Shown piece by piece: positions 35,601 through 62,461 of a stretch of DNA of 64,000 nt (position 1 is the stretch's first letter; the number at the start of each line of letters is the position of its first letter). The notes under the pieces were generated by a model that saw only the letters and a list, made by a program, of their open reading frames with translations, made no database searches and was not told where the DNA came from. The translations under genes were made by a program, and so were the position numbers. Source of the DNA: Phoronis australis (lineage: Eukaryota; Animalia; Phoronida); assembly GCA_002633005.1 (NCBI GenBank), contig NMRA01000106.1, forward strand, positions 167,655-231,654. The letters are read 5' to 3'.

Positions 35601-38600
35601 TTAATTCAATAGTAGTTTATTTTATGCGTGTTTTGTTCTTGAATATTTTAATTTTTCTCATAGTTATTTGAAGACAATGCCATGAAGCGTGAGATAATGT
35701 CACTTGAGGTAAAGTGTTGTGAAGAAAGCTGCGATTGGAAAGGAGAACTGCGAAAGCTGCAGGTTAGTTGTAAAATAGCTTGAAGATGCAAATTGTTCAG
35801 ATGAATGGTAAAGATTACAAAATACTCTGACAATCAACCATTTTCTGTGCATTTGTTGTCAAAGACACTGTCAACTGCAGTTCTTTTAAACTAAACTACT
35901 TAATATGCAGTGATAATTGCCTAGACTTGCTCAAAATAATTTCTCAGGGGTCGGAAGAACTGACAGTTTGTAATTATTTGGTGATGAAGTTTGCTAAGGA
36001 AGTGGCTGATGACGTAGAAATTGATACGAGCCATTATCAAATATCTCTCCATTCAGTTTAAAAATTAATGCAAATCTTGTTCATTGTTAAATGTTTACCC
36101 AGTCTTGTGTCCTGCATCACAACTGGCTTGCCAGTTATTTACCAAAAAATAACATGGCGAACATGTCCGTCCTGACTGAAATACAAGTCAACGATCTGAA
36201 TCAAAGTACAAAATTTTTAGCTAATCTAACTTTTAATGAGGAATTGTTGTTGACTAATTCAGAAGTCAAAATGTTGAAAATCTATAGTTTCAGTGTGCAA
36301 TATTAGCAAATTATTTCAGCTAGTGTTTTATTTATGAGGGTATTTCCCAGTTCCACACAAAAGAAGCTTAGATCAGAAAACTGGTGACTCCTGAGTAGTT
36401 GTTCAAATTTGTAGATGACTTTACAGTGTGCTGTGAAACCAACCAAATTTCCAAAAGAATGTGCTTTCTGGTTTGAGCAATAGATGAAGTTAATTTACCA
36501 CCACATAATGTGGGGCCTGTTTCAAAGAAAGTGACTTGCTTTTCAGAAATAGTTTTGTGGAGTGCTAGACCAGTCTTCTGACTCTAGTGTTGCAGACCCC
36601 TTGCACGTTGTTGGTGACTCCTTGTTGCCTTGGTAACTCAGCACAAGGAGATCCTGGAATATTTGTAGTCTATTGTGACATTTGACAGCGTTAATACTTG
36701 AAAACTTTCAACTATTGTGTTGCCTTCATCTGCGATTATAAAACTTTTTATCTGCTTCTCCCTGCTGTAACCTGCACTATGTAGGGAAATCCCTGCTCAT
36801 TTCATATTGAATGCCATTCCGTAAGTCCTGGAATCAAATGTCTTTGCTGAGAGTTAAGCGTTGTGGATTCCTTCATTTCCTGAGATTTTTTTGGTCTTTG
36901 TGTACATGTGGAGAACTATCTCGCAAGCAGTCCATGTAAAAGATCCCAGCTTGTTTTGCAGTCTGGTGTCAACTGCATTCCTCTACCTCTTATTTTCTTG
37001 CTCACCATAAAATTTTCTTTTAAATTTTTATGTCTCTGTAATTAAACAGGCAAGCGAAGTTTAGTTTTCATTTGAATTACCAATTGACAATTCAAAAATG
37101 AGTATTACTAAACTTTTCATGTCAATTCTCTTATTGTTTTAGAGCAACTCAAAAATACAAACCTATGATTAAAATGCAAGGTTTGGGCCTTACATTTAGA
37201 TCCCCATTTTTTTAAACCTAGATGAGTCCCTTGGGCTAATGAATTGCATGGTCTGTTTCAGTTCCATGAGAGCAGCTGCGAGCTCATGGTGGTGGAGTGC
37301 AATAACAAGTGTGACACCAAAGTGAAACGTTCCCTGTTGCCAGACCACTATCCATCCTGTCCTATGAGGAAAGTGGATTGCCAACATTGTGAAGAGAAAA
37401 TTTGCTTTGCTAACATGACAGTAAATTACACGTTTTTATTTGTTTGCTCTAAATGACGCCCATTTATGGTTTTGCCTAATGGTAAAACAACGTATTATTT
37501 CTGTGGGTTATTTTGTCTTCACAAACTTTGTTAAATCATCATACATCTTCATCTTTAAAATCTTTGATCTGAAATACATTTTAATGCTGTAATGATGCAG
37601 CTAGGTAGTCTTATGCATGTTAAACGGTTTACATTTGTCTGTTAAGTGATTGAAGTTTGATGATTGCTTCTGTGACTTGATTCACACTCGGACAACTACA
37701 GTTTGAAATCAAAAGTGCTAAACCCTGTTTTTGATTATTTTCAACTGTCATATCTGTAGTATACTCGGCATGCACATTTAGTTGAAGCAAAATTTTATCT
37801 GGACTTGTCAATGGAACTGAATGCGGTATCCAAAAAAGAAAAAAACTGATTCCAAAAGGTAATGGTTGCATCACACTGCACACAAATGCAGCCTTGATTG
37901 AGCCCGGCATGCACTATCCTACCTCAGTGCTTCCTGGGAGTACGGTAGCACACAGTCATTTATTGGATATGTAGGGGATATCACAGGATAATGTTCAGAG
38001 TGAAAAATGTAGATCAGGTTCATTTTTGACCAAACAGCTACAGGTAAGTAAGGGTAGACATATATGACCAGTATAAATTATTGTGGAGTTACATAATTGG
38101 TTAAGGGAAGGGTCAGAAAATTAAACTTTTGATTCTCAACTCTCTTTTTCACCATCAGTTCTCACGGTTCAGGCTATTAAATAGTGCAGATAACCTTTTA
38201 GCTGAGCATTGTAAAATATCAACTTTATCTTTTTTAGGATCTTTATCGAGTTCGGAAATTCACTTTTTGTTTTTGAATTTTATGTTAATCGAATGCAATT
38301 CATTTAAAAGAGAATAATTATTTGCAATCACAAAAAGCAAGAGATTTACTATTTATACGCGCTAACTGCGAAGCGGTACCGAAGCTAGTTTACAGTGAAA
38401 CAACACGTGAGGGTGAGATAAAAGGTCATAATATTATGACAAACTTAACTACTACAGATATCGATGAATATAAAAGTTATATAATATGCTGAGCTGTAAA
38501 GGTGGGTGACAATCTGCCACAGATGCAGCAGAAGGATGCATCTAAGCTAATATTCATGATACACAGAGCCAAAGTTCCGCATGTCTACCCAAAATGGTTG

Positions 38601-41600
38601 GTTCTTCAGCAGAGCTGCTGTTCTGGATAATTTCGGGTATCCATCATAACGTCGTATTGTCGTGATGAACCGTCTGGAGTTGGCAGGCGGACAACTCTGG
38701 ATGGTCATAAAACCTTTCCTCTCATTTACTCTTTATTGTACTTTAATCCGACAGTGTTAACATAGGAGTAGCCTGAACAATTAATACGTTCGATTTCATT
38801 TTTTGCCCCTTTTTAGACAGAAACAGTACCAGTGATAATTATATTGTGTCCAGTTTATATACTCCCTGGAGCCCCTAAGTTCGCTTCACAATCATAATGT
38901 CGTTATGATTGCAGCCCTTATGCTAATGGTGGGGGATATGCGTTGAGCAGTCTTGGAGAAGTTTTAACATCAAGCAATTTTGTTGTTATTTACCATTCCC
39001 AGTAGTCAGCGCATGTACTCGGGATATTTGGCTTTTTTGAGTGCATCAAAATCTGTATCTATAAATATAAGTTTAACTACTCTGGTGCCCCCTAGTGGCA
39101 ATTTTGTTTTTGCATTCATGGTTGCGATTGGCAGATGTGTTTTTTTGGAGATGGCAACGCATGAAGAAGAGTTTCTGACCAGTCCGACTACAGTTGTGCC
39201 CCCTCGTGGTAATTGTTCTCACAACACGAGCAGATAGTAGCCTATTCATATCTGTGGTAGTGTGTTTTCCGTGGATAAGCCCACCCGATGAAATGCCCGT
39301 GGGTGTTTATTCTGAAAATTATGCCAAGTAAGCGCCCAAGGGCATTTATTTGGTGTGACAACTTCTAGTGTCAAGTGTGTAGATGTTGGGGTGTTTATTC
39401 GGAAAAATTTCTCTTAAAAGCCCTCTCAGCATCAACTTTTAGCCACAAATTCAGTTTTGTGGTGCATTTGCCATTGATAAAAACGAACAAACGGTGTTGT
39501 GCAGTTTATTAACTGAAAATTAAAAATGCACAGTTTTATGCAAAAAATAACTATTTTCTTATCAGCTGAGGCTATGACTCTCCGTTTACATATCCCCCTT
39601 TCCGAATAAACATCAAGGCATTTATATGGTGTTACTGAAATGCCTGCCACGCCCATGGGCTTACCTAAGGAAAATCCCAGTCATAATTTGTTAGTTGTTG
39701 TCCCTAAAGAATTGTTTGGTTTTCAGAAACACCAGTTACTGCAGTGCATGAAGTTTCCAGTAAACTGTGCTGTATGTGGTCAGACGGAGATCATGAGGGA
39801 AGACATCCCGAAACATATCGACATGGTTAATGGCGATTGTCCACTAGTTGTCACCACTTGTCCACTCAGTGCTCTTGGATGCACATTTCAAGTGAGATGG
39901 TCTTGAAGTCATTCTTTTATTGCTGCGAGGCTAGTTAATCCCCTACGTACGAAAATTAAGCTTTCCGAACGTTTCAGATTTTTGTTTAAGGTCTTTTAAC
40001 CTGAGAGCGTAACTGTCAAAAGTAATTTTAGTAGAGTGTTGGCGTCATCATTTTTGTCATTGCAGCCCATGGGCTTAATGGCCTTGAAAAAACCCAGACC
40101 TTTTTGCAGCTATGAAAATTTAGAAATATAATTTGAAATTTTCTTGTGAAAACATTAACTAACGTTTGTGGAAATTATGGCGATCCCAGTAAAAATCAAG
40201 ATTTTTTAGAAAATTGCTGACAAATGGTATTTATTTTTGTGCTGGTAATAAGGTTCTGTGATCACCAAGTCTCATAAAAACATAGTTTTATGTGGCAACG
40301 AATGTAGCCTTACATGTAGACATAAGCTTTGTCTCATTGATATTTCTGTCAGGACAAGCGAAAAAATATGCCAGCTCACCACAGTTCATCTGCTCTTCAC
40401 CACATGTTGTTGATGGTGAATAAGCTTGCTGAGCAGGACAGGGTCATATCCCAGCAGGAGCACAAGTTGAGCAGTCAGGGGCAAGCTCTGGTCTTTGCAA
40501 AGGAGAATATTAAGAACCTGGTCAAAGAGTGTGATAGCCTTAAAAAGTGAGTTATCTGTGTGTTGAGCTAGTTATGTATTGAACTTTTTGACTGAAATGA
40601 AATGTTCAAACTCTTGGGTATACTCTGGGTATCCAAGATTTGCCAGTGTCACTGTTGCAAAATGTTAACATTCAGAGACATAGTAAGTATCGCGCTTTAT
40701 CGATAAGTCTGTGCTTTTAGACAAATATATGTACAAAATTGCCGAATTCAACTCTGTGAAAGTATATATTTTCTGAAAGTAGAAACTAGGATTTTATTTT
40801 GGTTTCATACCAACTGAAGCTACAACCACTTGGATCTCACAATCGTGTCTTTTTAGAAAAATAAGCCCAAAATGTGCAGTCTTTGCCAAATAATACCATG
40901 AATAGCTTAAACGAGCTAAACTTAGTTTGATATAAATGCCCAAGATAACATCTCAAAAATGCTGTTACACTTTCTAATTTATCACTTCATTTTCTTTGAA
41001 TTTATGCAATTTTTGAATAATTTTCATAGAAATCATTGAATTCCTGTTTTTGTATCCCCTCATTCAAACGTAGAGTAATTAAAAATCATTCTTAACAGAC
41101 TTTTGGAGAACAGTGCACCAAAGTTAATTCCTATGACTCCAATCCACCATATGATGTTCTGAAGTTTGCCAAATTTGACTATTTTCTAGGTGCTTACATA
41201 ACCTTAATCTTCTTTTGGTGACCTATCTGCAGCTGGTTCTCTCTTTTACTGGTGCATCATTGGTACCTAACCCCCCTGAACAATAAAAGCATATGCAGTT
41301 TTTTTGTATCAAAAATTAAATTTTGTGTTTTGAAGGAGGCAGGGGTCTCAATAATTGTCATGTAACTCACCTAAAGAGTTACTCACGCTTGACAATTTAG
41401 CAGATTTCGTCCGGAATTTTCAACATTGCTCTGTGCTGTTGAGGATTGATGACAACACATTATTTCAGTTAAATACTTTTCTGCCACCTGCTGGCATGAT
41501 GTCAAAAAATGAACACAAATGAAACAGTAACGTAACATTTTGCAGATAATGGTGTATGTCATTTCTGCTGTGGATTATGGCCTTGACATTGTTTTTGCAT

Positions 41601-41849
41601 CACAGCTGTTTGTAGTCAAAACCAAAAGTCAAATTCGTGTAAAGAGTGGTGAGCATCTTCCCATGAGGTCTGAGCTTTGGGAAGTGCACATGAACCCTCA
41701 GATCTGAAACATATATATAACGTTTCTATATTATTTTCCTATGAGAATTGGCGGAAAGTAAATCTGTTCTGGTCTCACATAAATTGTCGCATTACAGTTT
41801 TGCCTTATCCTTGAAAACTTTCAGAGAACTTGAAAAACAGAGAAAGTAG
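32613..41849 (+). CDS. TRAF6-like RING-type E3 ubiquitin ligase (RING, TRAF-type zinc fingers, coiled coil; about 310 aa; no TRAF-C/MATH domain found)
   Basis: Exons 32613-32845, 33843-33900, 35664-35762, 37262-37420, 39727-39891, 40353-40546 and 41825-41849, all GT-AG and phase-compatible (933 nt). Motifs GYDACF, CPVCL...PVQTKCGHRFCCSC, CPVDN, LFEDNAMKREIMSL.VKC....CDWKGEL and two further C..C/H...C fingers. The last exon is the least certain. AATAAA at 42352. Confidence 0.85.
39020..39215. mobile_element. Fragment related to the 6586-8030 element, in a TRAF intron
   Basis: ttaactactctggtgccccctagtggcaattttgtttttg and ttctgac...gactacagttgtgccccctcgtgg match the repeat modules at about 7430-7490. 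Confidence 0.6.
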
Positions 41850-42579
41850 ACTTCAAGAAATAAGAATGCACAGGATGAGAATGCCACTGAATCTTGGATC
41901 ACACTTCAATGATGGAAGTTTTTACCTTCATCTTTATTTTATGTGTCAGAAGCATCTATTAGATATTTAGTAATTGTGGGTAGTTATAAAATTGTATGGT
42001 TGATATTTTTAATGTGAGTTGTACAGAACATTCATTCTTGTTGTGCAGGTTGGAAAATCTGTTTTAGAAAGTCAACATGAGAAGAAACTACAACTATATT
42101 TCATATTATTTAAGAACGTTTACATGGATGATTTACCATTGATATCAGGTTTACACGGATGATTTACCATGATCCCAGAAAGGTTTTAAAATTTGTATCA
42201 GGTTTGAGCAGAATTTTGCCTTGAAAGTAGAAGGTACTGATTTATCAGAAGGCATTTTTCTAATTGGTGCAATACTTTTGTTTTGAATAGTTTTATTTCA
42301 ATTGCTACTTTGCTGAATTTCTGACATTTTGTTTTACTATATATAACTTACAATAAATGATGTTTTCCTAAAATATTTTCCAAGATATTTTGTTCTGTCT
42401 TGTCCTTTGCACAGAAACTCAAGTTTCAAATTAAAAGTGGCTGCGGTTATGAATGTCACAAAAAGCATCTAAAGGTACACAGTACTTATAAGCAATATTT
42501 CTTGGACTAAGATACCACTGAGATCTTTTCAAATCTCCTCAGTGTTTACTGATGTGGCTTTCTCAAGAACTTTGGGTCT

Positions 42580-42728
42580 CAGGGGCGGATCCAGGATTTT
42601 GAGTTAGGGGGGACCAGGGCAGAGTATTAGCCAGGATTTTACCCACCCTCAAACTGCAAAATGGAATCTGGGAGAATTTTAGGGGGGCCATGGCCGCTTT
42701 GCCCCTCCCCCCTCTAAATCTGCCATTG
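42580..42728. mobile_element. Short MITE CAGGGGCGGATCC...AAATCTGCCATTG with 5-bp TSD GGTCT
   Basis: Imperfect TIRs; GGTCT on both flanks. Confidence 0.75.
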
Positions 42729-43194
42729 GGTCTAGTCCCATTTTCCCTTCTTTTGGGCATGGCTAATATTGTTGCAGCAAACCAGGATCGATATTTACAA
42801 ATAAAAGATCATTCAGAGCTTGTATTGACAGAAAGAGCTGCATTTGAGCTTGTGAAACACGTCTGTGGCCACTGAACTTTGAAAAGATGAAGCAAGGGTG
42901 ACACTAATGGCTGTAAAAAGTTTGTAGCAACAGTCTCAATTTTCTAAAAAATTACATTTTTTTGTATTTTATGAAGCACAAGCACGAGAAAATCACGTCC
43001 TAATTGATAAATTGTGTATACGTTTGGTGACTTCTCGGTGAATGGGGTGCGCTTGTTTTTATTTTATTATTTACTTATATTTTTTTAAATTTATTGAATT
43101 GAGGTCAGGCCCCCAACGTACTCGACAGTCGTAGCTCGGTGACAAAAGGTTGGGAAACAATGGGCAAACTTGCGTGTGAATAGTTCTTGAGTCC

Positions 43195-43954
43195 CAAACA
43201 AAAAGAGAGAAAACAAAACACGGAGAACGTGTCATACATGAAAAGCTGCGCATATCACTGACTCGAACTCACTACCTGGCGGATTGAGCGCGCAGTGCTT
43301 TACCACTGCACCACCACGATTTCACTCAAAAACCTACTTGTTTAGTGGTCCACAGCGTTTGCGCACGAAACTTCCTTCTTTTTGTAATGCTCATTACACT
43401 TTTTATATTTTTTGCAATCAGTTCGTAACAAATTTGTTGTATTTAAAATAGTTTTCAATTGCCCAAAAAAACAAATCTGTTTTTTTGTGTTGGCATTAAT
43501 GACGCCATTGTTTTGTTGGAAATCGTCTTAAGTTAAGGTTTGACAAAGAGAGAATTATGAGTTTCTGAATGATTCACTGAGGCTTCGATTAAAATTCACA
43601 TCTTACCAACCAGCAGCTTCTGTTTTTTCATCGTCACTCAGATTCCATTTTGTTTAAAAAAGGAAGTAATTTTCTTCATTGCACAGTGAAGCAGAAACGG
43701 AGTCGTAGTGCGCAGCGCCACTGCCGGTTACCTGGGATATCGCAGAAGAGCATATACTTAGCAATTGTTTATTCATCCGTGTTCCGAATTTGACACTGAC
43801 TTGGAATTGGATCTGAGCNTCTTGTTTCCGCCGTATAATTTTAATTACCGGGGTTAATTAATAAACTCAACATTTCCCTACGCTCTTGTTGTTTTATTTT
43901 TTGCGGCAGCCAATTAGGGGGGCCGGCCCCCTGGCCCCCCTAAATCCTCCTATG
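43195..43954. mobile_element. Second copy of the tRNA-segment-bearing DNA element (see 14274-14990)
   Basis: Long colinear similarity including ggtccacagcgtttgcgc.cgaaac, acaaatttgttgtatttaaaatagt and aataaactcaacatttccctacgctcttg. Terminus ccctaaatcctcctatg. Confidence 0.75.
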
Positions 43955-44179
43955 TAAGCAAGTAAAAAATCATTCAGTCTTCTTCATTTTTCAACCTGTT
44001 TCAATAATATCCTTTGCATCTCAGAGCTTTACATTATAAACACCTCATAACGTGCGCAAAAGACAAGCGTAAAATTATGAACGTTAACTTATACGAGCGT
44101 GAAGAGGCCGGGGCCCACGACTGCTTCAGAGCTCATGTGACCTACAAACCTGGTTCTCATTGGAGTATGAGACCAACCA

Positions 44180-44682
44180 GTGACGTAGGTTCTCGAAAAT
44201 GGAAGCATGCCAGGTAATCTAAATATAGATCTCGGAATCGTCATGAAAAACCAATGAAAATGAGAGAATTGGACACACCTTCTCGCCTGTCCAATGACAA
44301 GTGAGTTCAATTGGTTCACACGTTACCACTGTCGAATGAGATGTGGCTGATGCAATACAGAGACGGTGAGACTTTTTACACAAATGCTAAAATGCTGATA
44401 CACAAAGAAAAAAGTGCAACAATGGTGTAGACGTTATGTCGATGAGTTTTCCGCAACAAGCTTTGATCTGAACATTTTTGTTCATCAACTAATATTTTGC
44501 AATTACTTATATTAATGAATGTGTCTCAAAAGACGTTTGCATTTTACATGACGTCAAGTTAAGCGCACGAATATTACATAGTCGCACAAAGTAATGCGAC
44601 CATCTCCCGCCACGCAGTAGTTTCTACGTGACGAAGAAGGCAGAGAAGACGTGATAATTTTCCGCAAACAAGTATTGCGTAA
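44180..44682 (+). promoter_or_regulatory. ATF4 promoter region with bZIP sites
   Basis: CARE/AARE TGATGCAAT at 44348-44356, palindromic CRE TGACGTCA at 44549-44556, C/EBP-like ATTGCGTAA at 44674-44682, and CCAAT boxes at about 44251 and 44291. Confidence 0.55.
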
Positions 44683-44683
44683 A

Positions 44684-45137
44684 ATGGCTCTCTAAATCGC
44701 CGGCGACAGCGTCCGCGGCACAGCACGTGCAACCATGGCGTAAGTAATCTCTTATGGTGGTATAAGGGTTTCAATAATTTCATTTTGTAATCGAAATGTC
44801 TAAAAAAACAAAGAAGTTAACAATCGACAATCAAAATTGGGCATAGTCGATATGCCAGACAGTGGCTTTGGCTGCGTGCCAAACATGACTTGCTATTATT
44901 GAGGTGTAAAACTGCGCCTTGTGTAAATGGTGATTAGAATTATAATATATTGCATATGTGTTGTTCAAAGAATAAAAATTGGTTAATACAGAAGGTTTAA
45001 TTTTCAGATCCTACAATGAATTAAACGCGCTAAACAACTCCTTTGCTTTGGAGCATCAAACAAAAATCCAAGATGGTGAGCTTGTACGACGAATTGTTAG
45101 GGGACTGGGGCGATCTGTTCGCCTCAGAGAAAGTTGA
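44684..45137 (+). promoter_or_regulatory. ATF4 leader uORFs: uORF1 (MAL*) and spliced uORF2 overlapping the main CDS out of frame
   Basis: uORF1 is ATG GCT CTC TAA at 44684-44695. uORF2 is accATGGC|gtaagt (44735-44739) joined to tttcag|45008-45137, 44 codons, and overlaps the main ATG (45073) by 65 nt. Confidence 0.85.
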
Positions 45138-46108
45138 TGATGGGTGTGATCTACAAAACCACAAGTATGGGAAAGACTCCATATTGCCCGACCTGCTGGC
45201 TGATGAAGACTTCTCTTCTGGTAAGAGCAGTGGCTTGAATTGATTAGGCCTATAATTTTAACACGTGTTGATGCTTGAAAAGTTCTATTTATTTGATTGT
45301 TCAGGATTTGCTATGAAGTGACTGTTCGGTTCTTAATGACAATAAGCTTATTTGTTCTTCGACTTGTTTTACAGTGGATCTTGCGCAAGACTACCTGGGA
45401 CAGAGTGAATGGATGACCACGTTCACTGATGTATTCAATGTCCCTGTAGATCCTGTTGAAGAGATCTTACAGCAGGCGGAGCGTATGGAGGTCCAGCCCG
45501 AGACCGTGAACAAGTACCAGCTGTCCGATGACCAAGAAAGGATCATACAAGAAATCCTGCATGAACCGGAAAGGAGCCCATCTCCTGTCGATGAGGTTCC
45601 TGCCTTGATCAGTTTTTCGGACGCATTGGCAGATCAGTTCACGCCTCTTACTCCACCTCTTTCTCCTGATGACATAGAGAGTATTCTCTCTGACCCCTCG
45701 AGTCCTTTGTCTGATGCATCAGACATAAGCTCGAGTGTCCTTGACGATCCCGACTGGAGTCCACATGGCTCAGACTCTCCGACCAAAGTGGTCAGGTCTT
45801 ACGTAAAACTGAGGCCTAAACCCTATGAGAAAACGCCTGTATTACAACATGAAGGTAGAGTGTCTGCCTCTAAAAACAAAAAGGAGAGAAAGCGTGAACA
45901 AAACAAAAATGCTGCTATAAGATATCGGGAAAAGAAACGAGCAGAGTCGGAGGTAATAGTTAGCGAAGAGAGAGCGCTCGATGAAAAGAACAAATCTTTG
46001 AAAAAGAAAGTGGAGTCGATGACCAATGAAATCGCTTACCTCAAGGACTTGTTGAAAGAGGTCTACAGGGCCAAGGGACTTAAACTGGACCAAAAACTTC
46101 TCCCTTGA
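45073..46108 (+). CDS. ATF4: ATF4/ATF5-family bZIP transcription factor, about 293 aa
   Basis: Exons 45073-45220 (G|GTAAGA) and 45375-46108 (tttacag|). Acidic N-terminus, EWM motif, RPKPYE, basic region KKERKREQNKNAAIRYREKKRAE and zipper ending NEIAYLKDLL. The uORF layout is characteristic. Confidence 0.93.
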
Positions 46109-48227
46109 AGTTTTACATATATATTTATATGACTGGTTATTTTTCAAAATGTAATGAAACTGTATACAAAGTAGTACATTTTCATTAGGTGTTGATTAAT
46201 AGCTGTTAATGTTGACTTGTAATGCACATTGAAGCCAGTGTGTTTGCTGGTTTACGTTTTGTAGGTGAGTGTTGTAGACTAATTATTATTGAATTAATAA
46301 TAACATATTGTGATATTGTAAAGTGTGTTGTGTCTTGTTTAGGATTGAATTTGATACTATATTTAATGGGAAAATGATCAATTACGTTTTTATAGGTCTT
46401 TGATCTTGAACATGACCTATATTGTGACTAGATGTTTTTCCAGTGCTGCAAAGGGCATCCATAAAACTTGGGACTATTTTGTCTTGCAATATCCTGGAAT
46501 TGCCTCTTTTAATTTTTCACTATCAGCACCATTGGTAACGATTTTAAAGCTGAGGGGAGGAATTTTACAAATGGCGCTTATCAAGAACGTACCCTAAAAT
46601 CATAGCCTCCCACCTAACCAAAAAGTGCGTGGGTCGGCCAATCAAGAGTCATTGAACTGCTTCGCTTCAGAAATATTAATTATCTCATTCCAATTCCCAA
46701 CTCGATGTCGAAAACTAATATGCAATGACTGGATACATGGAATTGGTGTAGGTGCAGGGATTGTTAGGTTTGGCATTTTTATTACGAGTTTGAAAATTCA
46801 CTGCTGTAGAGCCAAAACACTTGAAAAGTTAGTGCTAGTGTGATCATAACTAAAGTCGTAATGCATGGGCATATCTCTGAAGAAGCGTGTTTGCAAGCAT
46901 TGTGGTTTAAGGAGCTCGTGCTTCTAAAAATGAAATCTATAAATTTAAAGAGTCAAATCTATGCCATTCTTGAATCTTCACTAGCTTATTGTGTTAACGG
47001 AGAAACACTATTGTCATGCATCATATACCAGCGTGGGCTAAAACAATGTATACTATCCCAGAACCCACAACTTAGTGGCGTAGCACTAGAATAGGGGGCA
47101 AAAATGTATATAGGAGTAGAACGTACACAGTCCCATTTCCTTCCCCCTCACCAGGCCAGTGGTAAATGACGAAATTGCCTAACTTCTTGTACATTTGCAG
47201 TGCCTCCTAGCGAGATAAATGAAAACACCATTTTCCAGTCTTCAGATAACAATGTATACGATGCCAGTTAGTGCGATCTGCTCCAAGAACTCTATATATC
47301 CACCCAACGCACTCATAACAGATAGGAAACAAGAAGCCAAAAACATTTTCTTGGATAATTACACAGTTTTATTTTGAATAGTGAAAATAGGATATGCTTG
47401 CCTTACATGAATGCTTTTAGCTTGAACTGTAGTCAGTGGTTACGTTAGGGCAAATTTTTGCTCTGACAAAGGCACTACTGTGTTCTCCAACTGTACAATC
47501 AAATCACACTACTACAAACCCCATGGAAATCTTTCCAAGACGTTCACTATAACTGACGTTCGTTGTAACGAAACCAAATTGTAAACGGCTTGAGACTTGT
47601 AGAATGGAACTCAATAAGCCAACGTTACAAAAAGCAAGCTAACGTTACACGTGTTTATTATAACACACTTGAACTAGTCACAAAGCATCAAATTTTATAA
47701 TAAATCTCAATGCAATTGAATAAAAATATATCTAACCTTGACAAGTAAAATTTATCACGAAAGTTTGTTGTAACCAAATCAGCTTGTCATGGCACGGTAG
47801 TTAGCTTAGGGCTTGTGGAATGGAACTTCATAAACAAGGAAATGTTACCAGATAATCTCGTAATTAAGGCTACAACATGGCAGACAAATGAAATTTTATA
47901 TTCTCATTTTTGCAATTAAAGCTTGCTAGCACCAACTTACTGTTTTATAACAGCTACCATCAAACAATATCTAGACAAACTGGCCATTCTCAATAATGTT
48001 AACTATTTTTGTCCCAAACTGGTGAGGTTAACACTGTTGCAGTTTGATAGTAAATATTTATACAAACTAGACAAAAGCAGACAGGCTTCTATATTTCAAA
48101 ATTGCAACACTTTCATGAAAGTAACTTGAAACATTTTTATTTCCCATAATTTGTCAACAGTAACAACACGATCACATGTCAAATAAAACTTCATTATCTT
48201 GTCCAGGTATAGCTTGACAGGCCATCT

Positions 48228-62461
<14,234 letters not shown>

